From a virus (Duplodnaviria > Caudoviricetes), in IMG/VR virus record IMGVR_UViG_3300021387_000075: DNA of 64,000 nt. One strand, 5' to 3'. The notes beneath the pieces were generated by a model. It had not been told where the DNA came from, made no database searches, and was given only the letters and a program-made list of their open reading frames with translations. Shown here piece by piece: positions 1-12,900 of this stretch. Positions within the stretch are counted from its first letter, which is position 1; each line of letters opens with the position of its first letter. The translations under genes were made by a program, and so were the position numbers.

Positions 1-15
1 GGAGGTGCGAACGTT

Positions 16-1131
16 ATGGATAATCTACACATTTTAATGAACGGCGTATTTGGACGTAAAGTTCCTGCTGAGTTCGCAGCCGCCGATTATGATTATGAAG
101 CTGCTCTACGTGATGAGCTAGCTAAGCTAATGACCAAAGACGGCAAACATTTTAACCGTCACGTCTTCAATCGTAACAAGGAAGACATCTTTGAGTTATT
201 AGAGCAGAATCTAGAGGAAGTACTACCGCAGAGTGTACAGTCCGCTCTAGATATGTTTGTTGAAACCCTACATTTCGCTCAGGGTACTCGTCCTGAGTTC
301 CGTGTAACTCGCGGCAAGCAGAGGGGCAAGCAGTTTGTTACTCGTGCTACCGAGTCCGGTAACTATGAGACTTTCCGTCTAGATCGTGATCGCTTCGATC
401 TATATATTCAGGCCATTGGTGGCGCTGGATATGTAGACTTCGAGCGTTATCTCGATGGTCTAGAGAGCATGACCGATATTTATGAAGTAATTCAGGAAGG
501 TATTGTTGATCGTCTATTTGAGATGATTCAGGAGTGCTTATTAGCTTCTTGGAACGCCGCTGGGCGTCCTTCTCGTAACAAGGTTGCGGCTAATGCTTTC
601 AATCCTGTTTCTATGAAGAAACTCTGCAACACAGTTGCTGCTTATGGTTCTCCAATTATTTATTGCACACCTGAGTTCGCGGCTGAAATGGTTAATGCTA
701 TTGTTTATAGCAATGCAAAGCCATCTTGGGTCGGCGGCAAGATTTCTGATCAGGATATGATCGATATTCGTGAACGCGGATATATCGGCAAGTTCCAGGG
801 CGTACCAGTTATTGTTATGCCTCAGTCCTTTACCGATGAGACTAACGCTAAGTTAGTTATGAATCCATCTTTTGCTTATGTCCTACCTGCCGGTAAGGAA
901 AAGCTAATTAAGATGGCTTTCGAAGGATCTCCATATTTCCGTGAGTGGGACGATCATGAAGGCGACAATTCTTTCACCCTACAGGGCTATGTAAAGGTTG
1001 GTGTCGGCATGTTCACTACTCCAAACTATTGGGGCATCTATTACAATAGTTCTCTAGACGATGGTAGCGGCTGGGAAGCCTATAACCAGGGTCTAATTCC
1101 AGAACTAGATGATGGTACTGCTAATAACTAA
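16..1131 (+). CDS. Probable major capsid protein
   Basis: 371-aa intact ORF with GGAGG SD, at the head of the virion module and followed by a strong terminator. Strongly biased codon use (CAG, CTA, CGT) and no in-frame TAG. Product inferred from size and position. Confidence 0.7.
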   Translation: MDNLHILMNGVFGRKVPAEFAAADYDYEAALRDELAKLMTKDGKHFNRHVFNRNKEDIFELLEQNLEEVLPQSVQSALDMFVETLHFAQGTRPEFRVTRGKQRGKQFVTRATESGNYETFRLDRDRFDLYIQAIGGAGYVDFERYLDGLESMTDIYEVIQEGIVDRLFEMIQECLLASWNAAGRPSRNKVAANAFNPVSMKKLCNTVAAYGSPIIYCTPEFAAEMVNAIVYSNAKPSWVGGKISDQDMIDIRERGYIGKFQGVPVIVMPQSFTDETNAKLVMNPSFAYVLPAGKEKLIKMAFEGSPYFREWDDHEGDNSFTLQGYVKVGVGMFTTPNYWGIYYNSSLDDGSGWEAYNQGLIPELDDGTANN

Positions 1132-1140
1132 TTAATATAA

Positions 1141-1175
1141 TGGGGCGGGTGCTTAACGCCCGCCCCAACTTTTCT
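1141..1175 (+). terminator. Rho-independent terminator after capsid gene
   Basis: TGGGGCGGGTG-CTTAA-CGCCCGCCCCA stem followed by ACTTTTCTTATTT. Confidence 0.8.
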
Positions 1176-1209
1176 TATTTCTAAAAGGAGTTAAAAGGAG
1201 GAATTTATT

Positions 1210-1653
1210 ATGGCAATTACTATTAAAAACGTTAGTTCATCTGATGTATCTATTTGGCTACCCGGAGTTAATTTTAGTCGTACTTTTACACCGGGTCGTA
1301 AAGTAGCTATTACTCAGGAAGTTTATGATGAAATGCAGAATGACCCCGGCGTGTTAGCTCTAATTCGCGGGCATTATATTAAAGTAGAGGGTCTAGAAGA
1401 GGAAAAAATGGTAGAAGAGCAGACTTCTCCAGTATTTGATGTAGATCAGATTAGTGCTTTCTTTGATAAGAATGATGTAACTGGTTTCGCTCGTTTTATT
1501 CCTAACGCTACTAGCGCGGAAAAAGAAACTGTAGTTAAACTAGCGGTAGACAAAGGAATTACTAGTCCTGCATTCACCATGCTAATTAAAAAATATTGTG
1601 ATGTTGACGTTATTAATGCTATTAATATGAAACATCAAGCAGAAGAGAAGTGA
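1210..1653 (+). CDS. Hypothetical virion-associated protein
   Basis: 147-aa ORF, AGGAGG SD, no in-frame TAG. Confidence 0.75.
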   Translation: MAITIKNVSSSDVSIWLPGVNFSRTFTPGRKVAITQEVYDEMQNDPGVLALIRGHYIKVEGLEEEKMVEEQTSPVFDVDQISAFFDKNDVTGFARFIPNATSAEKETVVKLAVDKGITSPAFTMLIKKYCDVDVINAINMKHQAEEK

Positions 1654-1658
1654 TTTAA

Positions 1659-2141
1659 ATGGCGACTCCTTTCTTAAAAGTATATGACGCCTTTTTGGCG
1701 CGAATAACCGCCGATGAATGGATGCTAGAAGAAGAGCTCGCCATTGTCGAGCGAGATTGGCAAGAACTTCTCAAAATGGCGGTTGAACGTTTCAAATATC
1801 CACGCGTAAGTTTAGAAATGGAAGAATTAGAATAGCAAGATGAAAATTCTCCCATTACGGTTATGCAATTTAAGGATGATTTAACAAATGCGGAAATTCA
1901 GCTATTAGCCCTTTATATGAAACATGAATGGGTTAAACGCTGTATTGCTAGTTGGGAAAATATTCGTCAATTGTATGTCGATAGTGATTATTCTCAAGCC
2001 AACCATATTGATAAACTATTAAAATTAGAAGCTTCGGTCGCGCTCGAAGTTCATAAAGCAGAGGGACGATATGATAGATCGCGTGAGCACAGTCCTGCAT
2101 CCATCTTTCGAAAGTTAGCAGGAAAGCGCAATAGCTTATGA
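1659..2141 (+). CDS. Putative head-tail adaptor/head completion protein (TAG-recoded)
   Basis: ATG 1659 (MATPFLKVYDAFLARIT...) is in frame with track ORF 1863..2141 through one TAG at 1833 and ends in TGA. Function inferred from position. Confidence 0.65.
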
Positions 2142-2403
2142 AACTTTTAGTGGCTATAAAAATAAATTAAAAGGCCGTTTATACGGCTTACTCTGTGAGC
2201 GCGAAAAGGGTGGCGAATGGGAAAAGTTCCTAGATTCAATTATATTGGAACTTTATGGACTGGGCGCAAATGGTATTAACTGGTGGCCTTTAATTGGTAA
2301 ATTATCTATACTTCGATATTTGTCTTATGAGTATTTTCGTAAAACAATATTTGAATGTATGAATTTAGTAGGCAAATTAGAGGAACCCGATGACCTATCT
2401 TGA
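2071..2403 (+). CDS. Hypothetical neck-region protein (TAG-recoded)
   Basis: ATG 2071 with GAGGG SD and TAG at 2116; reads ...YKNKLKGRLYGLLCEREKGGEWEKFLDSIILEL...YFRKTIFECMNL; TGA 2401-2403. Missed by the ORF track. Confidence 0.6.
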
Positions 2404-3682
2404 TGTATATTACTCGCGCCTAAATCACTTAGGAGAAACAATTGGAGAACGAGTTACTAATGGCGGTATTCGTACATTTTAGCGTTGGAAAGCAGAATCG
2501 CCGCATACGGTTCCAACTCTTTCTGTAGAGCGTGGATTATATTTTGATGGCATTATTTTACAAAGTAAGGATAAGGAATACCAGAAAATTATGCACTTAA
2601 ATGTTTCCAATGATATACCCATTAAGGTCGGAGACATTATGAATTGGCCTTAGAAAGATGGGACAATTGAAAAGTGGATTTTGCTTTCTGAAGAGAAGAA
2701 AGTAAATGGTACTTATCGTACTTTTGATATATTAAAATGTAACTATTTAATTAAATGGGTTAATGATAAAGGCTATTTAAAATAGTCATGGGCTTATGTA
2801 TTAAGTTCAACAGATGATAAAGTTAAAGGTAATTTCCGTACCTGGCATAATTTAATTACGCCACAGCCTAATAAATACGCGGAAATTGTTATGCCACGTC
2901 CCGTAGATATTCATTCAGAAATTGAAAATACGGTGAATCGCGGCACAAACTTTATTATTGAAGATGAAAGCTGGAAAATGGTAGAGGCTGATTTTACGAG
3001 TGTTCAAGGAATACTTTATATGTCTCTAACCGAAAATAAAGTTAATTTTTAGTATGATGATTTAAATGTTGATGTAGCAGATACTGACAAATTAAAATTC
3101 CCTACATTAAATTAGGTTTATAATGTAGGAGACGAGATTGTACCTAATTTTACTGATGAAACATTAAATGAATGGGAAATAGCATTAGTACCTCCAGAAG
3201 TTAAAGAAGGAGAAACAAAATACGTGGATTTTGACAATGGTAGGTTAAAAGCCTTGGCGCCAGGGAAAGTTACTATTAAAATGCGTTTAAAGAATTTTAA
3301 TATAGACGACCATCGCAAAGCCGTAACTAAGGAATTTGAAATTACTATTAATGAAAATGCGGATGAAATTCCATTATATATACAGGGGCCGAATAAAGTT
3401 AAATTAGATAGGTATGCTAATTATTATTTAATTGCAGAAGGAGAAGAAAGTCCTGATGATTTAACATAGGAAATGGCGCGCGCTCGTGTATTAAGTAAGC
3501 CTATTTCTATTAAAGAAAGTACAACTGGCTCTAAAAAAGATAGTATTCAAGAGTATAGTGAATTTCCTAACGTATATATATTCCGTGCTAATGCAGAAAA
3601 TAAATTGGGTAAAATTGTTTTAACTGCTACTTATAACAATAAAGAATATACTAAAACAATTGAAATAATTCCATTATGGTGA
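2390..3682 (+). CDS. Putative head-closure/neck protein with C-terminal Ig-like region (TAG-recoded)
   Basis: Single frame from ATG 2390 to TGA 3682 with TAGs at 2480, 2651, 2783, 3050, 3113 and 3467. Joins track ORFs 3224 and 3473; 430 aa. Confidence 0.65.
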
Positions 3683-3692
3683 GGTGAGATAA

Positions 3693-4199
3693 ATGGCTAA
3701 TGAAGATGCTGGACAGCGCCGATTTGCTGTAATGGGAGATAATACTTTTAGAATTGCTAATAAACTAATGTCTAATAAAGACTTATGTCGTTTATTAAAA
3801 TACCAAGTACGAGATCCTTTAAATAAAGAAAAATATCCGGATGTAGATGGCGCAGAACTTATCAATAGGCAGATATTGATCGTACCAAAAATCTTTGATG
3901 ACAGTACTGAAAAAATGTCATATGTAACGGCTTTATTTAGTAATTTTGTTGTCAATCAATTAAATCCGGAATTTAAAATCTCCACAATCCGTTTCGATAT
4001 AGCTTGTCCTTACGAGGAATGGCTACTTGATGACAGGACTTTACGTCCATATTTAATTATGGAAGAAATTGATAAAATGTTTAATGAAGCAAAGATGTAG
4101 GGCATTGGAACTTTGTAGTTCCGGCGCGCAGATGCTTTAACATTAAGTCCTTGGATTGGTGGATATTCTATGGTGTATCAAATCAATGAATTTAACTGA
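3693..4199 (+). CDS. Putative tail completion/terminator protein (TAG-recoded)
   Basis: Track ORF 3693..4100 continues through TAGs at 4098 and 4116 (KM*GIGTL*FRRAD...) to TGA 4197-4199. Confidence 0.6.
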
Positions 4200-4965
4200 T
4201 AACGAAGTTTTAAAATTTTTAAAAGGATCTCCGGTATTCATTGATGACATTTGTGCGGTGTTTCCTGCAACCTTAGGTCAGATTGTAGATGAAGGCTATG
4301 ATGAATTTCAAAAATATTTAGGTGTTTTGACCGCGACCAAACCCACTACTTAGCATGATGCTGATTAGGAATTAAAGGATTTGATGGCAAAGCTTACGGA
4401 TTTTTAGTACATTTTATTAATGGCCAATCTTGATCCATAGATGCTGTCTATTATGAAAAAAGGTTTTAAATTTTTCACTCACGAAGATGCAATTTTTTCA
4501 ATGGAGCCAGCACAAATTATTATAGGTCCACCCGCGGAGAAACACCTATTAATTGAGGAAAAATTTTATGATTTTTAGCGTTTACTACGAAGAATGTATT
4601 TTCTTGAGACTGAAGGCGAAGAGATTATTATATATGAAGATGATGATCCTCGTACTAAAGCCATAAAGATGAAGATGCGCGAAAATCGAGAAAAAGTGCG
4701 TAGGGCGAAAGCGAAAAAAGCTAAATAGTCTGGAAGTGATATGCAATTTTCAGATTTAATCGCCAGTATTACGCTTAATGATTGTGGCCTAAATATTTTA
4801 AATGTTTGGGATATTACATATTATGCTTTTCATGACCAACTCAAGCGGATGGGGTGGCGTGATCAGTTTGATATAAATTAGCGCGCGGCGCTTGCCGGCG
4901 CAAAGATTCAAAAGTCGCAACTCAAGCATTGGATGCGTTCAATTGCTGATAGCGGCAAGTCATAA
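4186..4965 (+). CDS. Hypothetical tail-assembly protein (TAG-recoded)
   Basis: ATG 4186 to TAA 4963-4965 with seven in-frame TAGs; 259 aa; abuts the SD of the major tail gene. Confidence 0.65.
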
Positions 4966-4982
4966 TTTGGGAGGTAACTTTT

Positions 4983-5972
4983 ATGGCTAGTAATGTTAAT
5001 ATTTTTGATAAGTATGGCATTAAAGAAGTTGCTAACGTATACTTTGAAGCTCTAGACGATGATCTAGCTGCTGGCGTATATGCTGGCGATATCGTGCTAT
5101 TCCTTGATACTCTAAAAGTTTCCACCATTGAGACCACTGCTGAGAATACAGCTGCTCAGGGCGGCTGGGGCAATCCTAAACTAGTACAGTGGGACTATGG
5201 TAAGGAAATCAATATCACTCTAGAAGATGCTCTAATGTCTCTAGAATCTTTACGTTTCATGCTAGGTGGCGCTATTAAAAAGCCCGAAGCAGAAGCTCCA
5301 GTTGTTGTACGTCATACTGAAGAAGTAGTTTGTGATGAAGGCGGCGTACTACCACAGCCAAAAGATCATTTAACTGGTAAGAAAATGACTCCTAAGGCTA
5401 CTAAAAACCATCCAGTTCGTTTAATCAATTTAACAACTGGCACTCGTACACAGATTAGTGCATCTGGCGATACTCCAGTAGAAGTATATGGAAAAGCAAT
5501 TGATTTTGTTAATCCTGCTTTAATTGGTATGACTACCACTGGAGAAGGTAATGAAGCTACTACTACTGCAACAAAAGTAAAGACCGCTAAAGGCGATCAT
5601 ATCCGTATTTTCTGGGAAGAGGTAGTTACCGGTGCTGAAAACCAAGAGAGCGCGGTTGAAGTAACAATTTCTCCTGATACGTTCCCAGGCACCTATCGTG
5701 TTGTTGGCGATACCTTCATGCGTTCTGAGAAAACTGGTAAGGATGAGCCATTCCAGTTTGTTATCAATAAGGCTAAGGTACAGTCCAATGTTACCCTAAC
5801 TCTACAGGCTGAAGGCGATCCTACTACGTTTGAAATGACTCTAAACGTACTACGTTCTACCAACGATCAGGGCGAAAATGAGATGATGAAACTCGTTCGT
5901 TATGATGTTGGCGCAGCTACTGCTACTACTAGCGGGGATGACCAGGGGTCTATTAATAACTCTAATGGTTAA
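4983..5972 (+). CDS. Major tail (tube) protein
   Basis: 329 aa, GGAGG SD, beta-rich; motifs YGIKEVANV, GGWGNPKLVQWD and LTLQAEGDPTTFEM; upstream of tape measure; no in-frame TAG. Confidence 0.75.
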   Translation: MASNVNIFDKYGIKEVANVYFEALDDDLAAGVYAGDIVLFLDTLKVSTIETTAENTAAQGGWGNPKLVQWDYGKEINITLEDALMSLESLRFMLGGAIKKPEAEAPVVVRHTEEVVCDEGGVLPQPKDHLTGKKMTPKATKNHPVRLINLTTGTRTQISASGDTPVEVYGKAIDFVNPALIGMTTTGEGNEATTTATKVKTAKGDHIRIFWEEVVTGAENQESAVEVTISPDTFPGTYRVVGDTFMRSEKTGKDEPFQFVINKAKVQSNVTLTLQAEGDPTTFEMTLNVLRSTNDQGENEMMKLVRYDVGAATATTSGDDQGSINNSNG

Positions 5973-5985
5973 TTAAATAATTAAT

Positions 5986-6021
5986 TCCTAGGGACTCTTT
6001 GGAGTCCCTAGGATTTTCTTT
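5986..6021 (+). terminator. Rho-independent terminator
   Basis: TCCTAGGGACTC-TTTG-GAGTCCCTAGGA followed by TTTTCTTT. Confidence 0.85.
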
Positions 6022-6043
6022 ACATAAAGGTAGGTGAATACCT

Positions 6044-6931
6044 TTGACACATCAATATTTTGGAATAAAAGAATTATATGAAGTATGCTTACGCGCGAAA
6101 ACTAATATGCAATTTGGTGAGCGATATATTGAAGCTGATGAGCCAGTATTGTATTTTGAAAATATTAGTATGGCTATGTTATCGGAGCAAAGCCGAGAAA
6201 TATACGCGCGAGGCGGTTGGCTTAATTAGCCAAAAGTAATATGGCAAGATCGTTCTGAAATACGTTTTCAAATGTCTGAAGGTGTTGTATCATAGTTTGG
6301 CTTGGGCATTCTTTTAGGTGCGAAAGTTGCGATTAAGGGAAAAGAAAAGCCAATCTTAATGCATAAAACCGAAGGACCATTTGATTTTGCTATTGGAGAA
6401 GAAACTCCGCGTATTTATTTAGAGCATTGGCCAGTAGATTATACATAGAAAAAGACATTTATCTTCGAATATGCGCGTGATGCTGTGTAGAAGAAGATAT
6501 ATGGAAAAGCAATTCATGGAGAGTATAAGGATCCATTTGATCCCGAAAAAGAAACTCCATGTGTTGAATTATACGAAGACAAGGAATTGAATATATTGGC
6601 AGACACCAATAAAAAATATATAGTAGATTATTACTATGAGTATGGGAAAGAAGCGATTTCTTATACATTACAAAAAGAGCGCTTCAACGGTTTGTTCTCC
6701 TTGGAAGGAAAGTTCTATTCTAAGGATGAGAATGAGGGCATTAATTATACGAACATATTATACATGCCCAAGGTTAGGATTGTAAGTGATATTAACTTAC
6801 GATTGGGAGAAAGGGCTGATCCAACGGTGTCCGCGTTTAATATAATAGGGTTGCCGGAGACTGTCGGTGACGATAAAGATTTAATAGTTGAGATTTAGCA
6901 TTTGGGTGAGGATTTAGACCCAGATGTTTGA
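6044..6931 (+). CDS. Second tail-tube-like protein, paralogue of 4983..5972 (TAG-recoded)
   Basis: TTG start; joins track ORFs 6044 and 6587 through TAGs to TGA 6929-6931. FGIKELYEV, RGGWLN*PKVIWQD and LRLGERADPTVSAF mirror the major tail motifs. Confidence 0.65.
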
Positions 6932-6932
6932 T

Positions 6933-6968
6933 AGCCACTTTCTTGCGGGAAAGTGGCTCTTTTTTTTA
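6933..6968 (+). terminator. Rho-independent terminator
   Basis: AGCCACTTTC-TTGCGG-GAAAGTGGCT followed by a T-run. Confidence 0.8.
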
Positions 6969-6998
6969 TTTTATGAGTTAAAAGGAGAGTGAGATTGG

Positions 6999-9900
6999 AT
7001 GGCTAATGTTACCGTTGATATATAGGCAAGGGTGGTAGGCTATGAGCAAAGTATAAAGTCATTGCAAGCCGCATTGGCTAAAGTGGATCCAGGTTCTGAC
7101 ATAGGAAAAAGTATTACAAAAGCAATGGAATAGGCGCAGTCTTAGGTGAAAGCATTAAGTAAAAATATGTTTCCTAAGGCATCGAGTGATACTTAGATTG
7201 ATGCAATTATTGAAAAAACCAATAGAGCTGGAGAGGCTATTTAGCAAGTAGCTTCCTTATTATAGAATGTTCAAGTTAGTGATTTAAACTTAGGAGCATT
7301 CGGAGGAGATATTGAAAATTTTAAAAATTAGATCTCTTCTTTATAGACAGAATTAGATAGTAAATTAAATGCTGGGATAATAAAAGCAGTAGGTGAATCT
7401 GAATAGCTAAAAAATGTATTTAAAGAGCTAGGTACAGATTTATCGAAAGCGACTGGCGCAACTTTATTGGAAGATTTGTCGAAAGGTGCATAGAAGGCAT
7501 CTGAAAATGTAGCTGATTTAGAAAAAAAATTAGAAAAAGCTCAAACATCAATTAATAATTATTAGACAATAGATAGCACATTAAAATCTTCTAGGCTTGG
7601 TACTCTTGAAGGACGTACTGCATTAGATGATGAATTAAAAACTATTACAGGTAATTATGACGCAGTTTTTGAATAGTTAAGAGCCACAATGATAAGTGGT
7701 TTTAGCAAATTAAAAACTGATACTAAGTTAGACACAGATGGATTATTAAAAACATTTTTTTCTGATTTAACTCCTGAGAATATTTAGAGTCATATATAGA
7801 ATTTATTTAACACGCTTTCGTCTCAAGGAGTATTTGGAGAAAATGAGAAACGTAAATTCTATGAATCAATTTTTGGCGGTAATGATGAATATAATACTAA
7901 TAATATTAATTTATTAACTAAATCTATTGGATTGGATAAAGCTTATTAGCAATATAAAGCTTAGCTTCAAGAATTTTATCGGAAAATTGCTAATGATATT
8001 GATGGTAAAGATTAGGCGCAAATTAATCGTTTAATTAGTACAGACTAGTTAGACAAGGCTGTAAGTGCGACCACCAAAGCATTAGATAATGCTTATAGTA
8101 AAATATATAATAGCATTAAACAGAATTAGGAAAAACTTAATAGTGCTTTAAGTGATAAAGACAATATAGTACTTTAGCTTAATACAGCACGCTAGACACA
8201 AGATACATTTAGTTCTGCTGAATAGTCATTAAGATAGGAAATTGAAGCCGTACGTTAGGAAAATAAGAATTTAGAAAATTAGATAGCTTAGTTACGTGAA
8301 TAGTTAAATCAAAAATTAAGCGGCGAAGTTGGAAATATTCGTAATGTAGGCACTACTGAAAATCGTAATGTCGGATAGGGTTTCCGTGAATCCTTAGAAA
8401 TAAGCGAAGCCTATAAAAATTAGTTGGCGCAAGTTGCCGCGAAAGAGCAAGCACTAGGAAAGATATAGGGTGTTGTTTAGCGCTGGTTTAGTATTTACGC
8501 AGCAATTCGGATGGTCCGTTAGGCCATTGATTCTGTAATTTCTACTGTTAAAGAATTAGATGCTACTATTACAGAGATTGCTATTGTTACTAGTATGGAT
8601 TAGAGTGAATTATGGGATTAGATGCCTAAATATACTCAATTAGCACGTGATTATGCCGCTTCTATTAGTGGTGTATATCAAGTATCTCAATTGTACTATC
8701 AATAGGGTTTACAAACAGCCGATGTAATGGCATTAACTGAATAGACTTTAAAAATGGCTCGTATATCTGGACTAGATTATGCATAGGCAACCGACTATAT
8801 GACTAACGCGGTTCGTTCATTCAAAATGGAAATGACGGATGCTTAGACAGTTGTTGATGTTTATTCAGCTATCGCCGCGAGTTCTGCTACTAGTGTAACT
8901 GAATTAGCAAGTGCAATGAGTAAAACCGCATCATCAGCCGAAGCAGTTGGAAGTAGTTTTTAGAATACTACTGCTATGATGGCTGTAATGATTGAAGCTA
9001 CTCGTGAGTCTGCAGAAAATATTGGTTCTGCTATGAAGTCTATTATTAGTCGATATGGTGAAATGACTTCTGATCCTTCTAAGTTAGTAGACAGCGAAGG
9101 ATAGGAAATGAGTTTGAACCGTGTTGATAAAGCTTTATAGACAGTAGGAATTAGTATTCATAATGCTGAAGGAGAATTCCGTAATTTTGACGAAGTTATT
9201 ATGGAATTAGCAGAAAAATGGAATACTATAGATACTAATACTTAGCGTTACATTGCTACTATTATGGCTGGTAACAGATAGCAATCACGTTTCTTAGCAT
9301 TAGTTTCTTCTTATGATAGATTGAAGGAATTAAGTACGGAAGCAGCAGAATCTGAAGATGCTTCTTAGTTACAATTCTTAAAAACTTTAGATTCTGTTGA
9401 AGCTAAAACGCAATAGCTTCAAACAAGTATTTAGGCGTTATATGTAAATAGCGGGTTAGAAGATTTTTATAAAAAAGTATTAGATTTAGGCAATAGAGTC
9501 TTAACTACTTTTGATTAGTTAGCAGAGAATTAGGGTTTGGCATTAACGGTAACTAAAATAGGAGCAAGCTTTGTTTCATTAGCAACCTTAGTTACTAATG
9601 CTTTTAATATTATTAAAATGTCATTTTCTAGAACTAAGTTACAAATTATGGCTGAGAGCAAAGCTGCGGCCTTAGAACGTGAATTAGATGCTGCGAAATT
9701 AGCAGCTTCAGAGTCTGCTTATGCACAACAAAGTGCTTAGAATTAGATCAATAGTGAAGATTCGATTACTGCAAATAAGCGAGCTGAAATAGAAGAAAGA
9801 ATCAGATTAGCTAAAAAAGAAGCACAAGAAAATAGTGGTTCTATATTTAATTCTAAATCTGTTCTTAAAAAGACCGGGGGTATGGTTGCTTCTGCCGCGG

Positions 9901-12900
9901 GTTTAGCATTGACTTCTATTGCTGCCCAAAAAGATGTAAATGAAGAAAGATAGACTAAAGCTTTGATGACTGCAATAGGATCTGCTCTTTCTGGAATAGG
10001 AACTTATGGAATGATTGGAGGTATTCCAGGCGCGATTGTTGGTACTATTACAGCCATTCCGGGTATTGTTGAAGCAATAGGGATGTCTACTGAATCTGTT
10101 ACCGATAAAGTAAATCGTTTGAATGCTGCGGTAACTGAAGCTTCAAATAAAACTATTTTAGCTCAAGATGAAGTAAAAACTTTAGAAGATTATAAAAATA
10201 AATTAATTGATTTAACAAGTAAATAGTATGATAGTGCGGAAGCAAAATAGGCATATTTGGATTTAAATAATGAAATTGCTAGTAATTATCCGGAATTAAT
10301 TAGTTATATTGATGAAGAAGGTAATAAAATTATTGCTTTAGGAAATATTTATGATGAACTCTATGAGAAGAAAAAATTAGCTTATGCTGAAGCGGCGAGA
10401 GATGAGGGAAGAGCACGTATCGCCGCAGCTTCTGATGGAAATACTCGGTTGACTAATGCTGGCATAGAAGCACCTTCAAGAAAACTTGATACTTTTTCTA
10501 CCTATATGGCTACAGGAATTAATGCCGCGCAAGAGGCACTTTCTTTCGGTGCTTCGCATATTACTGGATATGGACATACTGATAAGTTTAGTGTTATTAG
10601 TAAAGAAAATGAAGCATATAATTATTTAAGTGATTAGCTTGCTTCTTCTGGTTTTGGTAATATTTTGGAAGCAGCAAAAAGTAATACTTTCGGCGGCGCA
10701 TCCGGCCTTGATATTTATAAGGCTTTATTTGGTAGTAAGTTTAATAAATTTTTTAGTTCTTTTAACCCAGAAAAAGTTTCAGAAATTTTTAAGAATAATC
10801 AATTAGAAGAATTATATTAGTTAGATTCATCTGATAGCGGTTTAACTTAGTTAGGATTTATTATTGATAATTTAATAGCCGCGGATTAGAATTTTCAATA
10901 GGCTAGTACTATTATTAGTCAAATTTTGGGCGAGACTGTCACTATTGATAAAGATTTATATGAATATCGTAGATAGGCTTCGTCATTGCCAGCTGAAGGA
11001 ATTGAAAAAATTATTAAAAATGAAAATAGAAATTTATTTAATAATTTTTCTTCTTTGGATGGTGTGAAATTTTCTTCTGCTTTTGATTAGGAATATTTAG
11101 CTGCAAAATTTCAAGATTCTTGGAAAGCATATGAAGAGCAACATGCAAAAGAATATACAGATGCTATTACTGGAGAAATTGATTATACTGCAATGTGGGA
11201 TGCTTTTTCCTAGAATGCAGAAATTTCAATATAGGAATTAATTCGTGAATATTCTAATACTTTATCTAATTTAGATTTGGGTATTTAGTCTACTCTTGAT
11301 AAATATTTTAAATCACCTTCTGATTATAGTTTGAACGATTGGACAAAATTATTAGGAAAATTAAATTTAGATGAAGAAACTTACAAATTTATGCAGTCTT
11401 ATATTACTGATAGAATTGTTCCTACTATAACTAATTTTAATTCTTCTTTTAAAAACTTAATGGCTAGATATCATATAGATGAGAACTTAATAGATTATGA
11501 AGAATTATCTGAAGGAATAAATCCATAGTTTTTATCTGGAATGTATGAATAGTATGAAAAAGTATTTAGAAACTCTGCTCTTTCTTCTAGTTCTAAGGAA
11601 GATATTATTACAGATTTAAATTCTATATATTCATATATTGGCAGCTTGGATGAAGAATTACGTACTCCTATTTTAGCTAAATTATCTACTGCTGATCTTA
11701 CTTCTCTTTCTGGTATTCATAATTTTATATCAGGAATAGAGGCTATCGAGGGATTTAAATTAGAAGGAACGAATTTAGATGATAGTTTAGATAAATTAAA
11801 ATAGCATATTAAAGTTAATATTCCAACAGAAATTAGTTAGATGTTGAATTCTTATTCTGATGGCTTATAGTCTTTAAGTGATCTTTTAAGTAAAGCTAGT
11901 AAAGGAATGAGCCTTAAAGATGCTATAAAAGCAGTAGATTAGTTTGGAATTACTTTAGCCGATTTTAATTAGATTGGAGAAAAATTTTATTTAAAAGATT
12001 TAACTATATTAAAAGATTAGTATATTAAAAATAATAATGAATATTATACCGAATTATTATAGCAAATTAATGATTAGGCTGATTTTTACAAAGAAAACTA
12101 GCGTATTGGTAAAACAGATTATTTTGATTTTACAAAATATAAGGATTTACCCACTCCAGAGGAAAGACGAGCTTATTATGAAGAATATGCTGCAGAAATA
12201 TAGGAAATGGTTCCTCTTTTAAATACTTTTGATAAATTTGATACAACTGTAACAAATAGTACAGATACTAGTTTAGAATAGTTATCTAAAGGAATGCAGT
12301 CTAGGGTATTAAATAGACAAAAAGATTTTAATTTAAATAAATTATTAACTAATAAAACCGCGGATGATTTTACAGAAATATCCAATTTTATTGATGAAGA
12401 ATATGCTACATTGCTTTCCGAAAGTGGAATAAATGTCGAATCTTTAAAAAACGATATTAAAGCTTATTTAAATAATGCTAATGAAGGAGAAACATTTTCT
12501 GAATACATTCGTCGTACTTTAGGAGAATAGTTAGCAAATGTTTATAATGCTTCCGAAGAAGCAGTAAATTATTTATTAGCATCAACTGCTATTTCCCAGG
12601 GTAATTTAGATAGTTTATTAGATTTAGTCTTTGGAAAAGAAGGCGCAGAAGGAGCGATTAAAGTTGATCGTGAAACTATTAAGAATTAGATTGCTATTGG
12701 AGAAACGGATAATTTACCGAAAGAACTTCAAAAATATTCTATTCTAATTCAAGATACTTTTAAATCTGTCCGTGAAACTACAATTAATGCTTTAATATCT
12801 GCGATTGGAGATGGATCTACTTAGATTAAAGTTACAGATTTAAATAAAGGGATTTTAGAATAGCTTAAAGGCAAGCAATGGATTGAAGGCGATATAAAAA

